Part shown: positions 8,622-16,255 of the stretch, piece after piece | Numbering within the stretch: position 1 is the stretch's first letter | How the letters are laid out: each line of letters begins with the position of its first letter | From: a virus | Length of the DNA stretch: 64,000 bases | Direction: 5' to 3' (one strand) | Virus record (IMG/VR): IMGVR_UViG_3300032132_000001 | Coordinates: 106,573-170,572 of that record | Position numbers and translations under genes: made by a program | The notes under the pieces: model-generated | What the model was told of the DNA's origin: nothing | The model's input: only the letters and a program-made list of their open reading frames with translations | The model's database searches: none

Positions 8622-8695
8622 TGCCCTGTGGTGTAATGGTAGCACGAGAGGTTTTGGTCCTCCAGGCGCGAGTTCGATTCTTGCCAGGGCAGCCA
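8622..8695 (+). tRNA. tRNA-Gln(TTG)
   Basis: The 5' half is nearly identical to the tRNA-Gln(CTG) copy. Anticodon loop TTTTGGT, CCA encoded. Confidence 0.75.
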
Positions 8696-8703
8696 AAGGA
8701 GAA

Positions 8704-9042
8704 GTGATGAGTGAAGTAATTCGTGGTCTGTGTGTAACCATCTCAGGTCAAGAGATCGTAGAGCGAGCGCATAGGCGTTTGGAAGATGCTGAAGAACGTC
8801 TGGAGAAGTTGAGGGAAGCTCTCACTCGGGTCGATGAAATGGACCCTCGTGATCGTGAGCTTGCTGGGCTCAAGACTCGCGGAGGCGACATGAAGGACGA
8901 GGTCGAGCAGAAGATCAGACAGCAAGAGTCGGCTATTGAATTCTACGAGTTCTTGTCTGAACACGTCGAAACGGATTCTAGCTACCGGATCGATATCTCT
9001 CAACTCAAGATCTTCGGTATCGAGAGCCCTTACCGATACTAG
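8704..9042 (+). CDS. hypothetical coiled-coil protein
   Basis: 112-aa ORF. Confidence 0.35.
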   Translation: MMSEVIRGLCVTISGQEIVERAHRRLEDAEERLEKLREALTRVDEMDPRDRELAGLKTRGGDMKDEVEQKIRQQESAIEFYEFLSEHVETDSSYRIDISQLKIFGIESPYRY

Positions 9043-9046
9043 AGCC

Positions 9047-9457
9047 ATGAAGACCTACAAAAACATCGTCCAGTGTGGTGCGGATGATCTGAGGAAGATG
9101 CTTCTTCAGAAAGAGCAAGAAGAAATCAGCGGTGTAGTAAACGTCGCTTGGAATGTGAACCCTCCTATTGCTCACGATGCGTGGCGTCCTGTTCTTTGGC
9201 AACCTTATCACGATGAAAAAACACCAGAGGTAGATTGGTTCAAGCCAATCATTGCATTTTACGAACTCTGGAGCAAGAGTGGTAAGGTAGTAATCCACTG
9301 CCAAGCTGGTGGGAATCGTTCAAGAGGAACTTTCGGCGTACTTCTGGTCGCTTGTCACGGGATGACGGCTCAAGAAGCGATAAAGATCACTGGGCAGCCA
9401 GGGTACTCAGCATGGCGAATAGCGATTGAAAACCAAGCGAGACATCTGGGAAGATGA
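9047..9457 (+). CDS. dual-specificity/tyrosine protein phosphatase (CX5R)
   Basis: Active-site loop VVIHCQAGGNRSRG (HCxxGxxRS). The start was taken at the internal Met of ORF 8936..9457. Confidence 0.6.
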   Translation: MKTYKNIVQCGADDLRKMLLQKEQEEISGVVNVAWNVNPPIAHDAWRPVLWQPYHDEKTPEVDWFKPIIAFYELWSKSGKVVIHCQAGGNRSRGTFGVLLVACHGMTAQEAIKITGQPGYSAWRIAIENQARHLGR

Positions 9458-9738
9458 CGTACGACTACGAAGACAACGACGACACATACGTTTGCAGACT
9501 ACCAGGTGGGTACCATCTGTTTAGGAAGCCAAACGAAGCTGGTGGCTTCACTTATTACTCTGATGAAGTAGGTGGAGGCGTCTTCGTTTGGGACACCGGC
9601 TTGGTAGCTGACACCACCTTGATGGCAGCGATCGTAGCAGAGCAGGCAAGAGCGTTCGAAACAGAGATATTCCTCAAGAGAGAGACAAGAGACCAAGTTA
9701 ACGAGATCATAAGGGCCGACTCGGAGGACGAGGCGTGA
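9454..9738 (+). CDS. hypothetical acidic protein
   Basis: 94-aa ORF with an ATGA overlap. Confidence 0.4.
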   Translation: MTYDYEDNDDTYVCRLPGGYHLFRKPNEAGGFTYYSDEVGGGVFVWDTGLVADTTLMAAIVAEQARAFETEIFLKRETRDQVNEIIRADSEDEA

Positions 9739-9739
9739 C

Positions 9740-9812
9740 AAAGGCGACTAGTTACGGCACTTAGGTGTAGGACCTGTCACGAACGGTGGTTCAATTCCAT
9801 CTCGGTTCACCA
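9740..9812 (+). other. tRNA-like 3' fragment (T-arm GGTGG-TTCAATT-CCATC, acceptor 3' strand, CCA) with no matching 5' acceptor or anticodon arm found
   Basis: The T-loop and CCA end are canonical. The upstream 70 nt do not fold into D and anticodon arms. Confidence 0.3.
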
Positions 9813-10048
9813 TGAAAGTATACGCAGTAACGTTCAAAGTCCATCACCAGTTACCTAAATTGTTTTTGGAGCTTACTAAAGCTATAGGGTACGCACAGAA
9901 AGAGATGCCTAATTCTTTCTATCTTCCCTATGATAAGAATTGGGGTTGGCAGTTGAGCGCTATCACAAAAGATTGCAAATTCTGGAGGACAGTAGACGGT
10001 AACGTTTTTATACGTGAGACAACTTTAGACCAAGTATTGCGGGTGTAG
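9812..10048 (+). CDS. hypothetical protein
   Basis: 78-aa ORF. The ATG shares the A of the preceding CCA. Confidence 0.35.
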   Translation: MKVYAVTFKVHHQLPKLFLELTKAIGYAQKEMPNSFYLPYDKNWGWQLSAITKDCKFWRTVDGNVFIRETTLDQVLRV

Positions 10049-10113
10049 CTCAGTGGTAGAGCTTCGGGTTTCCAACCCGATGGTCGCGGGTTCGAATCCC
10101 GCCGCCCGCTCCA
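10039..10113 (+). tRNA. tRNA-Gly(TCC)
   Basis: Acceptor GCGGGTG/CGCCCGC, anticodon loop TTTCCAA, CCA encoded. Confidence 0.8.
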
Positions 10114-10323
10114 ATGACAACTCCAAGACAGTACAGTCTGGTGAAAGCAGTGCTGGCCGAGGAATATGAAGATCAATACCCGTTTGCAAACGGTGACACC
10201 TTCATCTTCCTCGGTGAGATAATCCAGATGCCTGGGCATTGTGTGATAGCAGCTAAAAATGGACAAGTTCTTTTCGGCTATCACACCGACAATTTTGTCG
10301 AACTAACTGAAGACGAAGCATGA
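10114..10323 (+). CDS. hypothetical small protein
   Basis: 69-aa ORF starting immediately after the tRNA. Confidence 0.35.
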   Translation: MTTPRQYSLVKAVLAEEYEDQYPFANGDTFIFLGEIIQMPGHCVIAAKNGQVLFGYHTDNFVELTEDEA

Positions 10324-10499
10324 AAGAGCTTGTCAGTAGGATTGAAGAACTGACACGAGAGAATCACGACCTGCGAAAGCAGGTCAAACAGTTGAGTAAG
10401 ACCAACATCGACGCTTTGGCATCGATGACGATCATTACTCAGAACACAGAGTTGAAAGACCTGAGGCGGCAGGTCGAGGAGTTGAAAGATGGGATATAA
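10320..10499 (+). CDS. small coiled-coil protein (59 aa, below the ORF-track cutoff)
   Basis: MKELVSRIEELTRENHDLRKQVKQL... Read by hand. ATGA overlap with the upstream gene. Confidence 0.3.
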   Translation: MKELVSRIEELTRENHDLRKQVKQLSKTNIDALASMTIITQNTELKDLRRQVEELKDGI

Positions 10500-11343
10500 A
10501 AAGATCGTGAACATGTACAAGGACACTGGAGTCCTTATGTTCCGGGAAGTCTACGCCATGGAGAAAATCCACGGCACATCCGCTCATATCAAGTACCATG
10601 AAGGGGAGATCACCTTCTTCTCTGGAGGCGGCAAACACGAGACGTTCGTAGCGCTGTTCGATCTAGAGAAGTTGGCTGAGGCTTTCAAGGCGATCGGTCA
10701 CGACGAAGTTACCATCTACGGTGAGTCCTACGGTGGCAAGCAGCAGGGTATGTCTGACACCTACGGTAAAGAGGCTCGCTTCGTAGCTTTCGAAGTGAAG
10801 GTACACGATTGCTGGCTCAATGTGCCGAACGCGCACGACGTCGTAACCAAGCTCGACCTTGAGTTCGTGCACTACGAGAAGGGCCCGGCTGAGCTTGACT
10901 GGCTCAACGAGCAACGGGACGCACCGTCTGTACAGGCGAAGCGGAACGGGATCGAAGAGGATAAGCTCCGGGAAGGTGTCGTTGTACGGCCTCTCATGGA
11001 GATGTGGAAGTCTAACGGCGAGCGGGTCATGTGCAAGCACAAGCATGATAAGTTCCGTGAGACTAAAACTCCCCGTGAGGTGGACCCTGAGAAAATGAAG
11101 GTCCTAGAAGACGCGCGGGCTGTTGCAGAAGAGTGGGTTGTAGATATGCGGCTCCAGCACGTCATGGACAAGATGGAGAAGGTGGGGGAGATGGAGCATA
11201 CCCCTCTCGTCATCAAGGCTATGATCGCTGACGTCAAGGCAGAGAGCGAGGGCGAAGTAGTATGGTCGAAGGACGTGGAGAAGGCGATCGGTCGGGCGAC
11301 AGCTCAGCTGTACAAGAAGACGGTCTCCAAGATCCCGGTGTAA
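10489..11343 (+). CDS. RNA ligase, Rnl2-like (T4 RnlB family)
   Basis: Motif I EKIHGTS (KxHGxN/S adenylation lysine), motif III YGESYGG, motif IV EGVVVRP, motif V MCKHK. Confidence 0.65.
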   Translation: MGYKKIVNMYKDTGVLMFREVYAMEKIHGTSAHIKYHEGEITFFSGGGKHETFVALFDLEKLAEAFKAIGHDEVTIYGESYGGKQQGMSDTYGKEARFVAFEVKVHDCWLNVPNAHDVVTKLDLEFVHYEKGPAELDWLNEQRDAPSVQAKRNGIEEDKLREGVVVRPLMEMWKSNGERVMCKHKHDKFRETKTPREVDPEKMKVLEDARAVAEEWVVDMRLQHVMDKMEKVGEMEHTPLVIKAMIADVKAESEGEVVWSKDVEKAIGRATAQLYKKTVSKIPV

Positions 11344-11423
11344 AACATCCTACTACCCTGTCAGGTTATTCAATAGACGACCTGGCAGGGGAGTTGGCCA
11401 ACCTACGATACGACGCGCTGACT

Positions 11424-11594
11424 ATGCTTTTGGCAAAGCTCGGGGCTAAACTGTGTAACGATGCTGTGGCTGATCTTGGAAGAGGTCGGCCACAGCTTGC
11501 AGGACACCTCAAGAAAGCTGGAGTGAGCACCTTTGATGCCGCTCGGGAAATGCGAAAGGCGTGGTTGGTCTGCGAACCTTTCATGAAAACCTAA
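11424..11594 (+). CDS. hypothetical small protein (start uncertain)
   Basis: Part of ORF 11262..11594 downstream of the ligase stop. Confidence 0.2.
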   Translation: MLLAKLGAKLCNDAVADLGRGRPQLAGHLKKAGVSTFDAAREMRKAWLVCEPFMKT

Positions 11595-11598
11595 AGAT

Positions 11599-11676
11599 GG
11601 TGGACGTAGCTCAGTCTGGTAGAGCGCCTGGTTGTGGTCCAGGTCCGCGCGGGTTCGAATCCCGTCGTCCACCCCA
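11599..11676 (+). tRNA. tRNA-His(GTG) with encoded G-1
   Basis: Acceptor GTGGACG/CGTCCAC with an extra 5' G opposite discriminator C. Anticodon loop TTGTGGT, CCA encoded. Confidence 0.8.
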
Positions 11677-12045
11677 TTGGATGAGCCACCTAATTTCTGC
11701 TGCATTTGTCGGGAGCCGATTTTCGACTCCTGGTTTCACGGGCAGGGGATGCGGTGTGGCAAGACCGAATGTGAAATCCTATTTGAGTTGAAAATGGCTG
11801 TTGGCTTAATGTGGATGAGGTACGTTGGATCTCCAGCTTTTGTTTGGGGATGTGCGGGTTCTGGAGATATAGCAGACCCAAACTTCAACCCAGCAGGTGT
11901 GAGGATCAACCAGTACATCATAAACTTCCAGAACGACGAAGTGTTTTATGTAAGTAACTGCTTTGGCGCTTACTGGCGAAAGCAGCGAGATTGTTCTGCT
12001 TTCGAATCTGAGATGGTAAGGAAGGAATTCGCAAAGAGAATATGA
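11677..12045 (+). CDS. hypothetical Cys-rich protein (CCICREP...CGKTEC), start codon uncertain (TTG?)
   Basis: ORF 11632..12045 trimmed to begin after the tRNA. Confidence 0.3.
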   Translation: MDEPPNFCCICREPIFDSWFHGQGMRCGKTECEILFELKMAVGLMWMRYVGSPAFVWGCAGSGDIADPNFNPAGVRINQYIINFQNDEVFYVSNCFGAYWRKQRDCSAFESEMVRKEFAKRI

Positions 12046-12296
12046 GCATTCTCCGACCTCAAAAAGACCCGCGAACCGCCGCGCAGAAAGAGTCAGATAA
12101 TCGCATACAAGAGAATATGAGTCCAGTCTACGACCTTTGGCGACAAGACGACAACGGGAATAGGTTCTTCGTCCAAACGTATGTAAGCTTGACTGAAGGG
12201 CAAGAAGTAAGAGATAACTTGGAAAGCAAAAATCACAAGCAACTTTACTTGCTTGTAACACGGAGTTGTGGCAGAGATGGTAATGCGCGGGATTGA
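12042..12296 (+). CDS. hypothetical protein (3' end overlaps tRNA-Phe)
   Basis: 84-aa ORF. Confidence 0.25.
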   Translation: MSILRPQKDPRTAAQKESDNRIQENMSPVYDLWRQDDNGNRFFVQTYVSLTEGQEVRDNLESKNHKQLYLLVTRSCGRDGNARD

Positions 12297-12336
12297 AGAT
12301 CCCGTGATCCCGGTTCGACTCCGGGCAACTCCACCA
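12262..12336 (+). tRNA. tRNA-Phe(GAA)
   Basis: Acceptor GGAGTTG/CAACTCC, anticodon loop TTGAAGA, CCA encoded. Confidence 0.75.
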
Positions 12337-12389
12337 AGGATGGAAACGATGGACGAACTCAAGCGAAAACCCTGGGGTAAACACAACCA

Positions 12390-12461
12390 CGGGGCGTAAC
12401 TCAACGGTAGAGTAGCTGGCTCTTAACCAGTCTGTTGTAGGTTCGAATCCTGCCGCCCTGA
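12390..12461 (+). tRNA. tRNA-Lys(CTT), no encoded CCA
   Basis: Acceptor CGGGGCG/CGCCCTG, anticodon loop CTCTTAA. Confidence 0.7.
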
Positions 12462-12465
12462 CTTC

Positions 12466-12538
12466 CGGGGTGTAGCTCAGCTGGTAGAGCATCCGGCTTT
12501 TAACCGGGCGGTCGTGGGTTCGAATCCCTCCACCCTGA
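12466..12538 (+). tRNA. tRNA-Lys(TTT), no encoded CCA
   Basis: Acceptor CGGGGTG/CACCCTG, anticodon loop CTTTTAA. Confidence 0.7.
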
Positions 12539-12819
12539 CTAGAAATGAGAATCTGGATCCTGAAAGGTCTTTACGGTCGAGGCAGATGTTTTCAACTTTG
12601 GAAGCATCTGGAAGAAATCTATGACACCTTTGAAGAAGCAGTCAAAGAGGTTGTCAACCTTCGGAAAAGTGGAATAACACTCCACATCAAGGTAGCAAGA
12701 GAAGTTGGGTTTATCGAACGATAACCCACTAACGAAGACCAATGAATAACACAACCACTCCCAACGGACCGAAGCGGCGATGGCGCCGACGATGTACTCG
12801 CCAACTATCGCGAGTATAT

Positions 12820-12894
12820 GGCCGTGTGGTAGAGTGGTTCATGCGCTAGACTGCAAATCTAGAGACCTGGGTTCGAATCCCAGCACGGCCTCCA
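12820..12894 (+). tRNA. tRNA-Cys(GCA)
   Basis: Acceptor GGCCGTG/CACGGCC, anticodon loop CTGCAAA, CCA encoded. Confidence 0.75.
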
Positions 12895-12900
12895 CGATTT

Positions 12901-12971
12901 AGGGAGGGTGCTGGGCATAGACCGGTCTCCAAAGCTAGTCCTCGCGGGTTCGATTCCCGTCCTCCCTGCCA
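12901..12971 (+). tRNA. atypical tRNA-like gene, possible Trp (CTCCAAA loop, anticodon CCA) with imperfect anticodon stem and short D-arm
   Basis: Perfect acceptor AGGGAGG/CCTCCCT, canonical T-arm GCGGG-TTCGATT-CCCGT, CCA encoded. The core does not fold canonically. Confidence 0.35.
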
Positions 12972-12978
12972 TACAATT

Positions 12979-13049
12979 AGGGGGCGGTCGGTGCCCACGC
13001 AGACCATCGAAAGTCCGTAAGCCAGGTTCGACTCCTGGGCCCCCTGCCA
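12979..13049 (+). tRNA. atypical tRNA-like gene, anticodon not assignable
   Basis: Perfect acceptor AGGGGGC/GCCCCCT, T-arm CCAGG-TTCGACT-CCTGG, CCA encoded. No canonical anticodon arm. Confidence 0.3.
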
Positions 13050-13128
13050 GAGACAACCTAGGATGTAGCTGCGAGTGCGCACAGAAAAGGCCACTCTCTA
13101 AGCTGGCAGCTGAAGGTTAGTCTCATTT

Positions 13129-13205
13129 GCACCCGTAGCTCAGTGGACTAGAGCATCTCGCTACGGACGAGGGGGTCGTAGGTTCGAATCCTACCGGGTG
13201 TGCCA
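13129..13205 (+). tRNA. tRNA-Arg(ACG)
   Basis: Acceptor GCACCCG/CGGGTGT, anticodon loop CTACGGA, CCA encoded. Confidence 0.75.
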
Positions 13206-13221
13206 CAAAGGAGGCAGTACC

Positions 13222-13373
13222 ATGGCAAAGCAGGCGAAGGGTCACCAGAAGAGGAAGTGTGAGCGTTGTGGTGGGACCGGGAGGACCTGGACCCAGATCA
13301 TCCCACTCAAAGGCAAGAAGAAGATGGTTTCTGCACCATGCGATAAGTGCGGCGTATCTAAGCAGAATGGCTA
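13222..13373 (+). CDS. small zinc-ribbon protein (50 aa), strong SD AAAGGAGG
   Basis: MAKQAKGHQKRKCERCGGTG...CDKCGVSKQNG. Read by hand; absent from the ORF track because it is under 60 aa. Confidence 0.5.
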
Positions 13374-13495
13374 GAAAATACGAGAAAGCGTTCTTCAAGA
13401 AGAGGTGGCTAACCACCATCTATGTTGATGGCGATATAGAGTCTGCTATCTCTGGTCTAGAATCTGCAAAAGAAAAAGAATCAAGGACGCAATAA
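13366..13495 (+). CDS. hypothetical small protein
   Basis: MARKYEKAFFKKRW... The internal start of ORF 13259..13495, overlapping the upstream gene by 8 nt. Confidence 0.25.
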
Positions 13496-13508
13496 GCCTA
13501 TTGCGTCG
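13487..13508. terminator. stem-loop GACGCAAT-aagcct-ATTGCGTC
   Basis: 8-bp perfect inverted repeat following the small-gene cluster. Confidence 0.3.
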
Positions 13509-13544
13509 TCACGGGTATTCAGTAGTCAAGAAAAAGGGAAAGAA

Positions 13545-13826
13545 ATGAAACTCCGTACATTTCTATCATTCACCGCTGGGATGATGTCAGCTTCGGCCTT
13601 GGCCTTTGCTGTCGCGTCCTTCATGGCGGAACCCCATATTGCCTGGCGCTGTCAAGCGACCGCTCTTATCCTCTTAGTCATCTCTTATTTCTGGACTCAC
13701 GAAGCTGTGAGGTTAGAGAAAGAAGAGAAGCGCCCAAAGGGAGCAGACAAAGAGAAGCAGAAGGAGATAGAAGGCGGTTATAAATTCTCAACGGCTCACT
13801 CTGCAGCTCTTAGGAGCAAGCCGTAA
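13545..13826 (+). CDS. small membrane protein (2 TM helices), in frame with the downstream RRF homolog across a single TAA
   Basis: Hydrophobic segments. SD AAGGGAAAG. The stop TAA at 13824 is in the same frame as the RRF-like sequence that follows. Confidence 0.45.
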   Translation: MKLRTFLSFTAGMMSASALAFAVASFMAEPHIAWRCQATALILLVISYFWTHEAVRLEKEEKRPKGADKEKQKEIEGGYKFSTAHSAALRSKP

Positions 13827-14330
13827 GGCAACCTACGGCAGGACCTCGATAAGCCGGTACAACATCTCAAAGATCTATATTCTGGAATCAGCGTAGGGAG
13901 AGCCAATCCGGCTCTCCTCGATGGTGTGAAGGTTGAGTGCTATGATGATCTACTCCCTCTCACCCAAATCGCATATGTGTCGATCCTAGGGCCTGAAATT
14001 CTTCAGGTTATACCTTATGATCGAGCACTCATTGGTGCTATCCGAAGAGGGTTGCACAATTCCAAGCTTCCGCTCAGCCCGACCGTAGAAGGTGATCGGC
14101 TGATCGTCAAGGTCCCGATCCCCGACATAGATGATCGGAAGAAGCTAGAGAAGCACGTCAAGAAGCTCGCTGAGGCTCAACGCGTTGCTATCAGGCAGAT
14201 CCGGCGCAAAGCGAGAAAGGCGGGCGAAAACGAAAAGACCGTTGAAGACCTGGTGAAAGAGTATATTAACAAAATAGACGACCTTCTAGCGAAGAAGGTC
14301 GAAGACCTAAACCCAAAGAGCTTCTTCTGA
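13827..14330 (+). CDS. frr: ribosome recycling factor homolog (frr-like); no canonical start codon before the GTG at 13926
   Basis: Residues align with E. coli RRF (LLDGVKVECYDD ~ LLDGIVVEYYG; AIRQIRRKARK ~ AVRNVRRDAND). The homology continues 33 codons upstream of the annotated start to the TAA. Confidence 0.55.
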   Translation, partial: GNLRQDLDKPVQHLKDLYSGISVGRANPALLDGVKVECYDDLLPLTQIAYVSILGPEILQVIPYDRALIGAIRRGLHNSKLPLSPTVEGDRLIVKVPIPDIDDRKKLEKHVKKLAEAQRVAIRQIRRKARKAGENEKTVEDLVKEYINKIDDLLAKKVEDLNPKSFF

Positions 14331-14650
14331 TGTTTCCTACTCGACCAGATGGGACTACCGAGCAATGGTTAGATGATCAGTTTATTAACGATCATCCCTA
14401 TGCTATGCTCACCAGAAGAGGGAAATTATATGATGTACACAGGCATTGGGGAGAAGATCTAGCAGACCCAAGGAATGAATATGATGCTATATTCTTCGTG
14501 TGCGACGGGATATCCTTCATAGCTGAAGATGATGGTTGCATCGGAGTAGCGGAATGGTCAAAAGTCGAGAAAGCATGGTTCGTCTGGTTCTGGGTAGATA
14601 AACATGGCGAACTAGAATATCTCAACCAACACCTGAGGGAAATACTATGA
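14330..14650 (+). CDS. hypothetical protein
   Basis: 106-aa ORF with an ATGA overlap. Confidence 0.4.
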   Translation: MFPTRPDGTTEQWLDDQFINDHPYAMLTRRGKLYDVHRHWGEDLADPRNEYDAIFFVCDGISFIAEDDGCIGVAEWSKVEKAWFVWFWVDKHGELEYLNQHLREIL

Positions 14651-14949
14651 ACAAATCCTACTTCGGAAATGTCAAGGTCCACCTTACTTGGCTCGTTCTT
14701 GCTACTCTGATGTCCTTCGTGTCCTACACGGTCGGTCAGTTCAAGTACAGCTACTTCGAAAACCTGGCCGACGACGCTACAAAGCAGCTAGTCGAGACCA
14801 AGGAAATTATGGAACGTCAACAGACGACCCTCGTCTCGGCTATCCGTAAGAAGAACCAAGCCGAAGGCCAGCTTGAAGGTCTCAAAGACGACGTAGACAA
14901 CCTCAAACTGCAAATCGAGATGTACAAGAAGCTATTGAAAAAGCAGTAG
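14647..14949 (+). CDS. membrane-anchored coiled-coil protein
   Basis: N-terminal TM helix then coiled-coil. ATGA overlap. Confidence 0.4.
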   Translation: MNKSYFGNVKVHLTWLVLATLMSFVSYTVGQFKYSYFENLADDATKQLVETKEIMERQQTTLVSAIRKKNQAEGQLEGLKDDVDNLKLQIEMYKKLLKKQ

Positions 14950-14962
14950 GCAAACCTAGAAT

Positions 14963-15967
14963 ATGGACGACATTATCGACGACATCGCTTCGCTAATCAC
15001 TGACGACCCAGACGTTGTAAATGAGAAGCGCGCTAAGCCTACAAGGCCCCAGAAAAAGCGCACGCTCAATGAAGACGTCCACACCGTCAAAGGGGAAAGC
15101 CCGAGGGGCGAAGAGAAGCGCAGCCTGATCCAGTATATCCGAGAGGGCAACACCTTTCGGCCGGCTGGCAAGATTGAGCTTCACGAGGAGCTTCCTCCTG
15201 CGTCCTACAATGTTGGGTCGGATATGCAAGGGCCCTTCCTTGAACTATTCCAGCCTGTAACAGATGAGTTGGTCCATTTCGAAGACAGCAAGATGGATTC
15301 TGTCATCAAAGAAGTGGATAAGTTCTGGGGTTTGAAAGAGAACTTCAAGCGCCTTGGGTACCTCCACAACCGTGGTATCCTTCTCCATGGTCCTCCGGGA
15401 ACTGGGAAGACCTGTCTGGTCCACCAAATCACCGAGAGCATGGTAGACAGCGGCGACTTGATCTTCCACGCGAACAACGTCTACGGCCTCAAAAGCGCTC
15501 TAAGCGCTTACCGCTCCGTCGAACCAGAGCGCCGTACGGTGATTGTACTTGAAGATATGGACGAGTATATCGGCCACCAGGAGCGTGCTATGCTCCAGCT
15601 GCTCGATGGCTCAAGCGCGACTGATAATGTGCTCTTCCTGGGTTCTACTAACTACATCAGCAAATTCCCGCCGCGTCTCCTCCGTCCAGGCCGGTTCGAC
15701 AAGAAGGTACACATTGACATGCCGCCGATGAACGGCCGTGCAGCGTACCTTGAACACAAGCTTGGCGAGATTGAAGAAGCTGACGTCATTGAATCTCTAG
15801 CAGAGAAGACAGACGGCTTCAGCTTCGGCCACCTCCGTGAATTGGTGATCGCTGGTTATGCTTTCCAGGAAGACCTGGATAGTACAATCAGTAGATTGCG
15901 GACACTCGATACTGAGTCCTTGCCCTTGCGCGAGGGTAAAGAACACGAGTTGTCCGCGCGTATCTAA
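14963..15967 (+). CDS. AAA+ ATPase carrying the N-terminal leader motif MDDIIDDIASLITDDPDVVNE
   Basis: Walker A GPPGTGKT, Walker B VLEDMDE, second-region-of-homology RPGRFD. The N-terminal 21 aa match the shared motif. Confidence 0.7.
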   Translation: MDDIIDDIASLITDDPDVVNEKRAKPTRPQKKRTLNEDVHTVKGESPRGEEKRSLIQYIREGNTFRPAGKIELHEELPPASYNVGSDMQGPFLELFQPVTDELVHFEDSKMDSVIKEVDKFWGLKENFKRLGYLHNRGILLHGPPGTGKTCLVHQITESMVDSGDLIFHANNVYGLKSALSAYRSVEPERRTVIVLEDMDEYIGHQERAMLQLLDGSSATDNVLFLGSTNYISKFPPRLLRPGRFDKKVHIDMPPMNGRAAYLEHKLGEIEEADVIESLAEKTDGFSFGHLRELVIAGYAFQEDLDSTISRLRTLDTESLPLREGKEHELSARI

Positions 15968-15981
15968 GACTCACCAAAACT

Positions 15982-16073
15982 GGAGAGGTGGCAGAGTGGC
16001 CGATTGCGCTGCCTTGCTAAGGCAGTGAGCCCTTTACGGGGCTCCGTGGGTTCGAATCCCACCCTCTCCGCCA
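15982..16073 (+). tRNA. tRNA-Ser(GCT), class II long variable arm
   Basis: Acceptor GGAGAGG/CCTCTCC, anticodon loop TTGCTAA, long variable stem-loop, CCA encoded. Confidence 0.8.
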
Positions 16074-16074
16074 T

Positions 16075-16254
16075 ATGTCTAGATTACCAGAGCTAAAGCG
16101 CCTAGAGAAAGCTCTAGAAACCGGAAATGAAACGGAACTAGAGTGGGCGGCTAAATATTGTAGTAGCAGACTCTCCTGGGTGCCTAACAGAAAACACCAA
16201 AGGCACTGGGAGAAAATGCTTAGAAAAGTAGAAGCTGCCCAAACAGAAGACTAA
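16075..16254 (+). CDS. hypothetical small protein (59 aa)
   Basis: Read by hand. Starts 2 nt after the tRNA and ends at the next gene's ATG. Confidence 0.3.
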   Translation: MSRLPELKRLEKALETGNETELEWAAKYCSSRLSWVPNRKHQRHWEKMLRKVEAAQTED

Positions 16255-16255
16255 C

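Noticed and set aside
9740-9812. Full-length class II tRNA hidden in 9713..9812 using an upstream GGGCCGA as acceptor.
   Set aside because: It would be 100 nt with no foldable D or anticodon arm, and it overlaps a CDS. It is kept only as a 3' fragment.
11806-12492. Long minus-strand ORF (228 aa, MLYQLSYTPEVRAAGFEPT...) and similar antisense ORFs across the tRNA island (7198..7392, 7871..8077, 12846..13094, 13123..13419, 18491..18709).
   Set aside because: They are antisense translations of tandem tRNA genes (GFEPT/RIRT/MLYQLSY strings come from T-arm reverse complements), not proteins.
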